The translations under genes were made by a program, and so were the position numbers. The notes below the pieces were generated by a model, which saw only the letters and a list, made by a program, of their open reading frames with translations, searched no databases and had not been told where the DNA came from. 64,000 nt of DNA, from positions 1,888,001 to 1,952,000 of the forward strand of contig CAWETU010000001.1 in the NCBI GenBank assembly GCA_963812135.1, in the 5' to 3' direction. Shown here piece after piece: positions 55,235 to 64,000 of this stretch. This DNA comes from Vulcanimicrobiota bacterium. Its GTDB lineage: Bacteria; Vulcanimicrobiota; Vulcanimicrobiia; Eremiobacterales; Eremiobacteraceae. The stretch's first letter is position 1. Each line of letters begins with the position of its first letter.

Positions 55235-56412
55235 GATTGTGCCCAAATCGTGCGCATCAGTTTCGCGAAATTCTTGCCGGGCGCGATCACGCCCATCACC
55301 ACGCCGCTGCGCGCACCCGTGGCGGAAGGCAGATTGTTGGCGCGGCCATACAGCGCTTCGTGCGCGAGCACGGCGAACGCCATCGCTTCCTTGGCGTCCA
55401 CGGGCATGCCGAACGCATCCGAGCGCTCGATCGCGGCGCGCACGGAGCGCTTCTCCAGTTCATCTTCTAACATCGTCATCAGCGCCCGGTTGTGGACGCC
55501 GCCGCCCGCCACGATGATCCGCTGGCATTCGCGCGGCACGGCGGCGGCGATCGTGTGCGCGGTCAGCGCCGTCACGCTCGCGATCAGATTCGGGCCGGTG
55601 ACGCCGAGGTTCGCGGCGCGCTGTAAGACGTCGCCTGCGTACGCTTCACCGAATTCCTCACGGCCCGTCGACTTCGGACTCGGCCGGCGGAACCACGGCT
55701 CTTCCATCAACTCGTCCACGAGCGCCTGTGAGACGTGGCCGCCTTGCGCCAGCGCACCACCACGATCGTAGCGCTGCACGCCGTGCGATTCGAAGCGCAT
55801 GCATGCATCGATCAGCATGTTCCCAGGACCGGTGTCGAATGCTCGGACTTGCTCGGGACTCGCGCCGGCAGGCAACCAGGTCACGTTGGCGATGCCGCCG
55901 ATGTTGAGCGCAAGCCGGTGCTCCGTGTCGCTGCGCAACAAGAGATAGTCCACGAACGGCACGAGCGGCGCCCCTTCACCGCCGGCGGCCACGTCGGCGA
56001 CGCGAAAGTCCCCGACGCTCGTCACACCGGTCGCCTGCGCGATGATCGAGGGCGAACCGATCTGCAGCGTCGCGCGCGCCTCGGGCCGTGCGCCCGCGGC
56101 GTGGTATAACGTCTGGCCGTGCGAGCCGATCGCGTCGACGCCCGCCATGTCGATGCCCGCGCGCGTGCACAGGCGCGTTGCGGCGTCGGCAAACGCCTCC
56201 GCAATGCGAGCGTTGAGCACGCAAACGTCTCGCGTGCTGCCTTGTTTAGGGGGCAGCGATGCTTCGAGCGATGCGCGCAAAGCCGCGTCGTACGGCGCCG
56301 TCGAGTGGCCAAGCAGCGCGATGTCGAGGCGATCGCCGTGGCGTTCGACGTCAATCGCGGCGGCGTCAATGCCGTCGAGCGACGTGCCCGACATCAGACC
56401 GATGATGCGCAT
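55231..56412 (-). CDS. anmK: Anhydro-N-acetylmuramic acid kinase
   Basis: GLMSGTSLDGID, GSHGQT, D.AAGGEGAPLVP, NIGGIAN, FDTGPGN, PKSTGRE, KEA.AFA. Confidence 0.96.
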   Translation of the reverse strand: MRIIGLMSGTSLDGIDAAAIDVERHGDRLDIALLGHSTAPYDAALRASLEASLPPKQGSTRDVCVLNARIAEAFADAATRLCTRAGIDMAGVDAIGSHGQTLYHAAGARPEARATLQIGSPSIIAQATGVTSVGDFRVADVAAGGEGAPLVPFVDYLLLRSDTEHRLALNIGGIANVTWLPAGASPEQVRAFDTGPGNMLIDACMRFESHGVQRYDRGGALAQGGHVSQALVDELMEEPWFRRPSPKSTGREEFGEAYAGDVLQRAANLGVTGPNLIASVTALTAHTIAAAVPRECQRIIVAGGGVHNRALMTMLEDELEKRSVRAAIERSDAFGMPVDAKEAMAFAVLAHEALYGRANNLPSATGARSGVVMGVIAPGKNFAKLMRTIWAQS

Positions 56413-57549
56413 CTAGCGCGGCCGCGAGCGGTCGCTCGCGGCGACACCCGAGCTGCGCTCGGGTGCTACATCATCGTCGAGGTCGGCGATCACGGCGTCG
56501 TGGACGCGCGCCCGCAGGTTCGCGATCGGTCCGGGTTCTCGGCTGACGTACACGCGGTTGGTCAGTAAGGCGATCGTGAGCCCGCGCTGCGGATCGACGA
56601 CGAGCGACGTGCCGGTGTATCCTGTGTGGCCGTACGAATTGCCTGAGAGCCCCGCTCCCCAGGGCCGCGCGTCGCTCGACTTGAGCGCCCACGCGAGGCC
56701 GCGACGCTCGTCCTGCGAATGCGCGTGCTCGCGAACCGCCATCTGCGCCGTCGGTCGCAACAACACACGGCGCCCTTCGAATTGCCCTGCATCGCGATAA
56801 AGCTCGCCCAAGCGAGCGACGTCCGAGGCGGTGCCGAACAGACCCGCGTGTCCTGCGATGCCGCCCATCGACCAACACGTCTCATCGTGCACTTCGCCGC
56901 GCAACAGTTTGCCGCGCCACTGGTCGCGCTCGGTGCAGACGATGCGCTGCGCGATCTCACCTTGCGGCAAGAACCCGCAACTTGAGACGCCGAGTGGATC
57001 GAAGACCAAACTTTGCAGCGCGATCGGCAATGGGACTCCGGCCAATCGCGCCACGGCCTCCCCGACGAGGATGAAACCGCAGTCGCTGTACACGACGCGC
57101 TCCCCCGGCACCCGCGCAAGCGGCGTGTCGCACACGCGGCGCACGACGCGGGCAGCGCCTAAGTCCGCACGCGCGTTGACGCTCGGCGGCAATCCTGACG
57201 TATGAGTGAGCAGGTGGCGGAACGTCACCTGCTTGCGGCGTGGATCGCGACCTGCGAACTCAGGGAATGTTTCGACGATCGGATCGTCGAGCGCGAACGC
57301 CCGCCGGTCGAGCAGCGCGAGCAGCGCGGTGCCCACGGCGATCTTCGTCAGCGACGCGAGGTCGAAGACTGCGTCGGTGGTCGCCCTTGGCCCGTCCGGC
57401 GCGAGCTCGCCGAGCGCCGCCTCGTACACCACTGCGCCGCGCACGCGCACGTGCAGCACCGCACACGAGCAGACGCGTCCGAGCGAGTCCTCGAGCGCCG
57501 AGAGCGCGGTCGGAAGCGCGCGAGGCTCGCTGCCCGCCGGCCGTATCAC
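56413..57549 (-). CDS. Beta-lactamase-like serine hydrolase (AmiE-like position in the recycling operon)
   Basis: FDLASLTK (SxxK), LLTHTSGL, YSD, GEVHDE, GHAGLF, GHTGYTGT. Confidence 0.85.
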   Translation of the reverse strand: MIRPAGSEPRALPTALSALEDSLGRVCSCAVLHVRVRGAVVYEAALGELAPDGPRATTDAVFDLASLTKIAVGTALLALLDRRAFALDDPIVETFPEFAGRDPRRKQVTFRHLLTHTSGLPPSVNARADLGAARVVRRVCDTPLARVPGERVVYSDCGFILVGEAVARLAGVPLPIALQSLVFDPLGVSSCGFLPQGEIAQRIVCTERDQWRGKLLRGEVHDETCWSMGGIAGHAGLFGTASDVARLGELYRDAGQFEGRRVLLRPTAQMAVREHAHSQDERRGLAWALKSSDARPWGAGLSGNSYGHTGYTGTSLVVDPQRGLTIALLTNRVYVSREPGPIANLRARVHDAVIADLDDDVAPERSSGVAASDRSRPR

Positions 57550-59114
57550 GACGTGCCCGCGACCTGTGGACTTGCGCCCAGCACCACCGGCAGCCGCCCG
57601 AGCGCCTGCGCGGTTCCGAGCAGCACAGCACCCGCTGCGGCCAGTTCGGCGTCGCCGTCGCCGAAGGACGCGATGACCGCGACGCTATCCGGCAAATGCG
57701 TCGCGTCGTATGGCTCCAGCGCCGCGATCGCGACGATCGGTTTGCCGTACAGCGCGAGATCCGCGACCGCTTGCGCCTGCAATCGGTGAACGAAAGCCCG
57801 TCGCGTCACCGCGACGAATGCATCGGCCGCGCCGGCCGCCATCAGAAGCTGTTTGTACTCGTGACCCGCAGGCTCGAGATCGCGCAGCTGCTCGCTCACC
57901 TGCAGGCCGGCAGCGGCCAGCATTTTGCCAAGCACGCTTTCCACTCTCGCGCCAGTGGACTTCGCGGGACCGCCCTCGATGAAATTGACGACGAACACGC
58001 GCGCACCGCTCGGGAGCGAGAGCGGCGGTATACCGGCGCCGGTGCGCACGACGCACACCGAACGTTGCGCGACGTCACGCGCGAGCTCCGCCGAATCGAT
58101 GGGCGGCGCGTCCTCGTCGGGCACGCGTTGCGCGGTTCGCCAACGCAGCGTCTCGACGCGCGCGAGACTCGCCGCGACGCGGTCGGGCTTGAGGCGGCCG
58201 TCGCGCACGGCAGCGCGCAACGCCTCCAAGCCTTCGCGAGCCGCGTCGAGTTCTGAAAACACGAGCAGGTCTGCGCCTGCGTCGATCGCCAGCACCGACG
58301 CTTGCGCGATCGATGAGCGCGAGGTGATGCCGGCCATCACCATGTCGTCCGTGCACACAACTCCATTGAAGCCGAGCTCATCGCGCAACACGGCTTGCAG
58401 CAACGCCTTGGACAGCGTGGCGGGGGCGCCGCTTGGATCCAAGGCCGGCGCTGATACGTGACCGGTCATGATAAGATCGACGCGGGCATCGATCGCGGCG
58501 CGAAACGGCGCCAGCTCGACCCGGCGCAGATGCGCGGCGTCGCGTGTGGTGGCGACCGGCGCGAGGTGCGAATCTTCGGAGGTGTCCCCATGACCGGGAA
58601 AATGCTTCGCTGCCGAGGCGATGCCGGCTGCGTGCAGGCCATCGATCGCGGCGGCGACGTGCGCGCTCACCCTGGCGGGATCATCGCCGAACGAGCGCAG
58701 GCCGATGACCGGATTTTCTGGATTGGTGTTCACGTCCGCGACGGGCGCGAAATCGAGATTGATGCCCAACGCGCGCAGATCGCCGCCCATCATCCTATAC
58801 ACCGCGCGCGTCAGCTCAGGTTGCCATGCAGCGCCAAGCGCCATCGCCGAAGGAGCGGGCGCTCCTAATGACCCCAACCGTTCGACGGTGCCGCCCTCCT
58901 GGTCGGCAGCGATGAGCAGCGGCGGGCGATGCGGCGGACGGGCCGCTTGGAGATCGTCGATGACCGCACGCGTTTGCTCGAGAGTGGCAATATTACGGCG
59001 AAAGAGGACGGCTCCGGCCGTTCCCGCAATGAATTGCGCGATCTCTTGAGGCGCGTCGATCCCGGGCAAGCCCGCCAGGATGAGACCGCCGACCCGGCCC
59101 GCGAGCTCTTCCAC
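57546..59114 (-). CDS. nagZ: Beta-N-acetylhexosaminidase (GH3)
   Basis: DQEGG, APVADVN.NP.NPVIG.RSF, KHFPGHGDTSEDSH; GTG start after AGGAGG. Confidence 0.92.
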   Translation of the reverse strand: MEELAGRVGGLILAGLPGIDAPQEIAQFIAGTAGAVLFRRNIATLEQTRAVIDDLQAARPPHRPPLLIAADQEGGTVERLGSLGAPAPSAMALGAAWQPELTRAVYRMMGGDLRALGINLDFAPVADVNTNPENPVIGLRSFGDDPARVSAHVAAAIDGLHAAGIASAAKHFPGHGDTSEDSHLAPVATTRDAAHLRRVELAPFRAAIDARVDLIMTGHVSAPALDPSGAPATLSKALLQAVLRDELGFNGVVCTDDMVMAGITSRSSIAQASVLAIDAGADLLVFSELDAAREGLEALRAAVRDGRLKPDRVAASLARVETLRWRTAQRVPDEDAPPIDSAELARDVAQRSVCVVRTGAGIPPLSLPSGARVFVVNFIEGGPAKSTGARVESVLGKMLAAAGLQVSEQLRDLEPAGHEYKQLLMAAGAADAFVAVTRRAFVHRLQAQAVADLALYGKPIVAIAALEPYDATHLPDSVAVIASFGDGDAELAAAGAVLLGTAQALGRLPVVLGASPQVAGTS

Positions 59115-59182
59115 GTGCGGTGAGCCTCCTGCGGACCCGTACAAGAGCGCGCGTCGTACCCCCTCTTCAGGAGATAGATGGC

Positions 59183-61876
59183 TTGAAACGTCTGACGTTT
59201 GTCCTCGCATGCATCGCAGTCGCAACCGTGCTGCTCATCACGCCTGCCACGCGCGCAGCGGCTTCGGACGGTCGAATAAATTCGACCGCTCCAGCGGTCG
59301 TGCGGGCGACGCTGCCCAACGGCTTGCGCGTCATCATCGTGCGCGATCCGCTGTCACCGGCGGTCAACGCGCAGATGGTCTATCTTGCGGGCTCGGACGA
59401 AACGCCGCCAGGCTTTCCCGGGATGGCGCACGCGCAAGAGCACATGGCAGCGGGGCGCAGCATGCAAGGCCTCACCGCCAGTCAGCTCAACGACATCAGC
59501 ACGCTCATGGGCGGCCGCAGCAACGCGCAGACAGAGAACACCGTCACGCTCTATTACTACACGGTGCCCAGCAAGGATCTTCCATACGTACTGCACATCT
59601 TCGCGATCCAGATGCACGGCGTGCTCGACTCGCAAGCTGAGTGGACGCAGGAGCGCGGCGCTATCGAGCAAGAGGTCGCGGCGGATCTCTCCAATCCGTT
59701 CTACCGATTTTTCTCGGATGCATGGCTGCACTTGTTCGCCGGCACGCCATACGAGCATGACGCGCTCGGCACCCGGCCATCGTTCGACAAGACGACTGGC
59801 GCGCTCCTGAAAAAGTTCTACGACACCTGGTACCAGCCGAATAACGCGATACTCGTGATCACGGGCGACATCGACCCGCAAGCGACCTTGAGCAGCGTCA
59901 AGACCGTGTTCTCTTCGATACCCGGGCATCCGGTGCCGGGGCGCCCTGCCGTCCACCTGCGGCCTCTCAAGCCCGAGACGATCTCGCTCGACAGCGATCA
60001 ACCCTTTGCGGTCGCGTTCGTCGGCTATCGGCTACCCGGCACCGATAGTCCCGACTACGCAGCGGCGACAATATTAGGCGGCGTACTGGCCAGCCAGCGG
60101 GGCGACGTCTACGCGCTCGGCCCGGCGGGCAAGGCGCTGCAAGCCGGCTATTTTCCCGTGACCCAACTCCCCAAGGCCGGAGCCGGCATTCTGTACGGTG
60201 CCCTGCCGCCCGGCGCGGACACAAAGGCTATGGCGGACACTCTCAAGAGCGTGATCGACAATTATAAGAAGAACGGCGTGCCGGCGGAGCTGGTCGATGC
60301 GATCAAACGCCAGTCCGTCGCGCAGGCAGAGTTCGACCGCAATTCCATCACCGGACTGGCCGACTCGTGGGTGCAGTCGGTCGCGGTGGAAGGGCGCTCC
60401 TCACCCGACGACGACGTGAAAGCGCTGCAAAGCGTGACCGTCGACGACGTCAACCGCGTGCTGCGCCGCTACTTCGACAACTCGACCGCGCTTGTCGGCA
60501 TCCTCAACCCCAAGCCCGCCGGCCAGCCGAGCAACGCGAAAGGATTCGGCGGCGCGGAGTCATTCGCGCCGACGAATGCAGCAAAGACGACGTTGCCTTC
60601 TTGGGCGCAAGCGTTGCTCGCAGCCGCTTCGGTGCCGCCTTCGACGCTCAATCCGTCAGAGGTCAGGCTTTCGAACGGTCTGCGGCTCATCGTTCAGCCG
60701 GAGTCGATCAGTCCGACCGTCACCGTGATCGGCGCAGTCAAGAACAATCCCGATTTGGAGGCGCCACCCGGCAAGGAGGGCGTCGAGGGGATCTTGGGCG
60801 AGCTTTTCAGTTACGGCACGACGACACTGGACCGCCTCGCCTATCGCAAGGCGCTCGATGATATCGCCGCCAGCGCCGAACCAGGCACGGATTTCTCGCT
60901 GACCGTGCTTTCGTCGAAGTTCGATCGCGGCGTTGAGCTGCTCGCCGACGGCGTGCTCCATCCGGCACTGCCCGCGCCGGCCTTTGGCGTCGTTCAGCGC
61001 CAGTTCGCCGGGTTTGTCGGTGGTGAACAAACCAGCCCAGACTATCTCACGCAGCTCGCCCTCGATAAGGCGTTGTACCCGCCGAACGATCCGCAGCTTC
61101 GTCGGGAGACACCCGATAGCGTCAAAGCGCTGACTCTCGATGACGTCAAAGCATATTACTCGACCGTGTTCCGTCCGGATCTCACGACGATCATCGTGAT
61201 CGGCGACGTCACACCCGACCAGGCGAAAGCCTCGATCGAGAAGTGGTTCGGCGGTTGGACCGCAACCGGGCCGGCGCCCCAGACGGACTATCCGCCGGCG
61301 CCGAACAACGCGCCGTCCGCCGCGAACGTACCGGCGACCGGCCGCGTCCAAGATTCAGTGACGCTGCAAGAAACGATCGGGGCGCTGCGCGCAGATCCGG
61401 ATTACTACTCGTTGCGTGTCGGCGGTTCTATCTTGGGCGGCGGCTTCTCGTCGCCGCTCTACATCGATTTGCGCGAAAAAGCGGGCCTAGTCTACTACGT
61501 GAGCCAGTCCTTCGACATCGGCAAGACGCGCAGCACGCTCGACGTGAGCTATGGCTGCGACCCGCCCAAGGTTTCAAAGGCGCGGGCCATCATCGAACGC
61601 GACCTGCGCGCGATGCAGACGACGCTCGTGTCGCCCTCGCAGCTGCAGCGCTCCAAGGCTGAACTGCTCGCCGCCATCCCACTTTCGGAATCCAGCGAAG
61701 AAGCGGTGGCGCAGGGCATGCTCAGCCGCGCGCTGCTCGATTTGCCGCTAGACGAACCGGAGCGCGCTGCAAACCGTTACGCGGCGACCACCGCCGAACA
61801 GATTCGGGACGCGTTTGCCAAGTGGGTGCGCGTGCCCGACCTCGTTCAAGTGGTGACAGGACCGCCGCCACAATAG
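59183..61876 (+). CDS. Secreted M16 (pitrilysin-like) zinc peptidase
   Basis: TTG start after AGGAG, signal peptide, LPNGL, HAQEH zinc motif, WYQPNNA, second half LSNGL..LREKAGLVY. Confidence 0.9.
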   Translation: MKRLTFVLACIAVATVLLITPATRAAASDGRINSTAPAVVRATLPNGLRVIIVRDPLSPAVNAQMVYLAGSDETPPGFPGMAHAQEHMAAGRSMQGLTASQLNDISTLMGGRSNAQTENTVTLYYYTVPSKDLPYVLHIFAIQMHGVLDSQAEWTQERGAIEQEVAADLSNPFYRFFSDAWLHLFAGTPYEHDALGTRPSFDKTTGALLKKFYDTWYQPNNAILVITGDIDPQATLSSVKTVFSSIPGHPVPGRPAVHLRPLKPETISLDSDQPFAVAFVGYRLPGTDSPDYAAATILGGVLASQRGDVYALGPAGKALQAGYFPVTQLPKAGAGILYGALPPGADTKAMADTLKSVIDNYKKNGVPAELVDAIKRQSVAQAEFDRNSITGLADSWVQSVAVEGRSSPDDDVKALQSVTVDDVNRVLRRYFDNSTALVGILNPKPAGQPSNAKGFGGAESFAPTNAAKTTLPSWAQALLAAASVPPSTLNPSEVRLSNGLRLIVQPESISPTVTVIGAVKNNPDLEAPPGKEGVEGILGELFSYGTTTLDRLAYRKALDDIAASAEPGTDFSLTVLSSKFDRGVELLADGVLHPALPAPAFGVVQRQFAGFVGGEQTSPDYLTQLALDKALYPPNDPQLRRETPDSVKALTLDDVKAYYSTVFRPDLTTIIVIGDVTPDQAKASIEKWFGGWTATGPAPQTDYPPAPNNAPSAANVPATGRVQDSVTLQETIGALRADPDYYSLRVGGSILGGGFSSPLYIDLREKAGLVYYVSQSFDIGKTRSTLDVSYGCDPPKVSKARAIIERDLRAMQTTLVSPSQLQRSKAELLAAIPLSESSEEAVAQGMLSRALLDLPLDEPERAANRYAATTAEQIRDAFAKWVRVPDLVQVVTGPPPQ
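59269..59292 (-). repeat. REP-like palindrome copy 5, inside the M16 peptidase CDS
   Basis: 23/24 match (CTAC changed to CTCC); translated as GRINSTA just after the signal peptide. Confidence 0.8.
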
Positions 61877-61965
61877 CCCGGATTGAAACAAAAAGGCCCG
61901 CGACGACGTAGGTGACCTTAGTCGGTACGCGGTCAAGATCACGGCGAAGGAAACAGTGGTCAAGG

Positions 61966-64000
61966 ATGTCGTCGCGCGCGATCCTCGTAGGGGCGGTCTT
62001 CGCCGTTGCCGTGTTCATGCTCGCGCCGGATGCGGCGCGCGCCACCGCCGATCAAAACGCGAAATTGCCGGCAGCCCGGGCGACGGCGCCGTTGCCGCTG
62101 GACGCCACACTGGCCGATCCGCAGTGGAAAGCGGGCCAGCTGGCCACTGAGTTCTTCAACTTCACCACGCAGCGTCCGGCGCGCGTCGATACCGTAGCGT
62201 ACGTCCTGTATGACGATACCAATCTATACGTCGGCTTCCATTGCGAACAGGCCGGCATCCCCATCATCGCGACGCAGACGACGAACAATATCGGGCAGGG
62301 TCTGGACGACTATGTCGAGATCGCGATCGACCCGACCAGCAACGGCGGGCGCGTCTACGAGTTCAGTGCGACGCCGAGGGCGGTCCAATACGTCGCTTCA
62401 AGCGAATCGAACCGCTACAATCCGACGTGGTCGGCCGCCGCCAAGATCAACGGCACATCGTGGAACGCGGTCATGATCATCCCCCTGAAGGCGCTACGCG
62501 CATCGCCTGGATCGTGGCGCATCAATCTGATCCGCCATCTCTCAGGTCCCGATGAAGATCTTACGTTCGCCTACGACCGCCAAATGCTGCTCATCACCGA
62601 CTCGACGTATTGGCCGCAGTGGACGGGGTTGGTGTTCAAGGCGCTATCTGCCCGGCCGCCCGCGTATGCGAACATCTTCGGGCTCGCGAGCGCCGGCGCG
62701 GACCGCAACGTGTTCCCACAGCTCAACGGCACGGCGGGACCATCGCATGCGCCACATCTCGGCATCGATGGCTCGCTACCCATCACCGATACGCTGGCAT
62801 TCGTCGGCACGGTCAACCCAGATTACTCCAACGTCGAATCCGATCAGCAGACCATCACGCCGCAGCAGTTCCAGCGAGCATTGACGGAGTATCGTCCGTT
62901 CTTCTCGCAAGGCGCCAACTATCTGACCCCCAACGCGCAGTTCGGCATCAACGGCCCATCAAATCAACCGTTCTACACACCGTCCATCGGCCAGTTCAAC
63001 GGCGGCGCGAAGGTAGAGGGAACCGCCGGGCTCAACTCGATCGGTGCGCTTGCTGCAGCCGGTCCTGGGTTCAACGATGAGGCGTACGGTTTCAATCACC
63101 GCACCGCCGACCAGGCGTCGCGGTACTGGTTCAACGGCGTCGAAGCACATCACACCGACAACGCCTCGAGCGTCATCCCGTGTCCGTTCGTCGGCGCGAT
63201 GCAGCTCTCGTCGTGCACCGACTCGCTCTTCGAGTTCGGCACGCGGATATCGAGCCTGAAGAACGGCCTCGAGACCGCTTTCGACTACGCGATCGAGACC
63301 GGTCAGTACGTGCCGGATGCCTCAAAGGGGCACAGCTTCATCGTGCTCGAGGCGGTCAACCGCTCGCACTACAGCACGGGCCTCGCGTATCGCGACATCC
63401 AGCCCTACTACGCGCCCATCGACGGCTTCACGCTCATCAACGACATGCGCGGGCCGGCCTTCTTCTACAACGCGACCGGTCAAGGCAAGGGCGGCAGCAT
63501 CTTCAAGACGTTCAGCGGGGGCATCGGGGCCGAGCGCTATTTCGACGATTCGGGTGCGGTCAGATACAGCGAGATCAGCCCGTTCGTCCAGTTCGAGTTC
63601 AAGAACTTGATGTCGTTCACCACCGGACCGCTCGACAGCCAGATCAGACAATACGACATCGGATATCCCGTCTATCTCAACGGACAAACGTTTTCGTCGC
63701 ACACGAATTTCTTCGGGTTGAACTACCGCGACGGCACGCCGCAATCGATCGACTCGGGCTACACGTATGGGCCGAACGCCGGTTTTCTCGCGCCGGGCGG
63801 CGTGCAGCAATCCACGTACTCGTCGTTCTACTTCAACGAGTTCTTCATCAACGGATCGGATCAGCTGACCGCCCGCTGGAACCTCGCGGCGGACTACACC
63901 GGCGATCGCGAGCGCTGCTACTTCACCGGCTGCGACATCCAGCAATCGCTGCGCCGTTTTTCCCTTGGCTACAGCCTCGGGCCGGACTCGAACGTGTCGC
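61966..64000 (+). CDS. Secreted CBM9-like/DUF5916-like protein, probable outer-membrane protein (3' end runs off the window)
   Basis: Translated by hand: MSSRAILVGAVFAVAVF.., LDATLADPQW, LYDDTNLYVGF, DDYVEIAIDP, M.IPLKALR, TVNPDYSNVESDQQ, L.EYRPFF; open to the window end. Confidence 0.75.
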   Translation, partial: MSSRAILVGAVFAVAVFMLAPDAARATADQNAKLPAARATAPLPLDATLADPQWKAGQLATEFFNFTTQRPARVDTVAYVLYDDTNLYVGFHCEQAGIPIIATQTTNNIGQGLDDYVEIAIDPTSNGGRVYEFSATPRAVQYVASSESNRYNPTWSAAAKINGTSWNAVMIIPLKALRASPGSWRINLIRHLSGPDEDLTFAYDRQMLLITDSTYWPQWTGLVFKALSARPPAYANIFGLASAGADRNVFPQLNGTAGPSHAPHLGIDGSLPITDTLAFVGTVNPDYSNVESDQQTITPQQFQRALTEYRPFFSQGANYLTPNAQFGINGPSNQPFYTPSIGQFNGGAKVEGTAGLNSIGALAAAGPGFNDEAYGFNHRTADQASRYWFNGVEAHHTDNASSVIPCPFVGAMQLSSCTDSLFEFGTRISSLKNGLETAFDYAIETGQYVPDASKGHSFIVLEAVNRSHYSTGLAYRDIQPYYAPIDGFTLINDMRGPAFFYNATGQGKGGSIFKTFSGGIGAERYFDDSGAVRYSEISPFVQFEFKNLMSFTTGPLDSQIRQYDIGYPVYLNGQTFSSHTNFFGLNYRDGTPQSIDSGYTYGPNAGFLAPGGVQQSTYSSFYFNEFFINGSDQLTARWNLAADYTGDRERCYFTGCDIQQSLRRFSLGYSLGPDSNVS

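Noticed and set aside
56413..57549. Antibiotic-resistance beta-lactamase
   Set aside because: No signal peptide and embedded in a recycling operon, so an amidase or esterase role is more plausible.

Overview
GC-rich bacterial chromosome segment made up mostly of core and catabolic genes. No prophage, IS transposase, CRISPR array, tRNA or rRNA was seen. In order: a double GT-C glycosyltransferase downstream of cmk-plsC-ispH-polyprenyl synthase; hutH-hutU; a Cys-rich TonB-dependent receptor facing a VPS10/BNR-repeat protein; pirin; leucine catabolism (liuB-C-D-E); ftcD-hutI; an RsbW-like kinase; a clpC-to-PPi-pfk run containing three of four paralogous membrane-anchored DUF4760-like genes; a FolK-FolE2/MptA fusion; an S41 protease with a TonB-like C-terminus; a propionyl-CoA carboxylase/mutase/epimerase cluster with several VOC genes; DUF4127; a Liv-type ABC transporter; a BtuF-like protein; a peptidoglycan-recycling operon (nagZ, serine hydrolase, anmK, lipoprotein, kinase, murQ); an M16 peptidase; and a CBM9/DUF5916-like secreted protein. 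Outer-membrane transport genes together with Terrabacteria-style clpC and cmk-plsC-ispH suggest Ca. Eremiobacterota (inference only). Many genes carry small indel frameshifts, most likely long-read consensus errors. Main unexplained signals: (1) an unassigned ~185-nt multi-hairpin RNA upstream of clpC, with a near-consensus sigma70 promoter and a U-tract; (2) a 24-bp GTAG-REP palindrome in five co-oriented copies, one supplying a stop codon and one or two translated inside N-termini of secreted proteins; (3) the four-paralog DUF4760-like family next to clpC; (4) the FolK-MptA-type fusion. Family names come from recognising motifs by eye, not from database searches.
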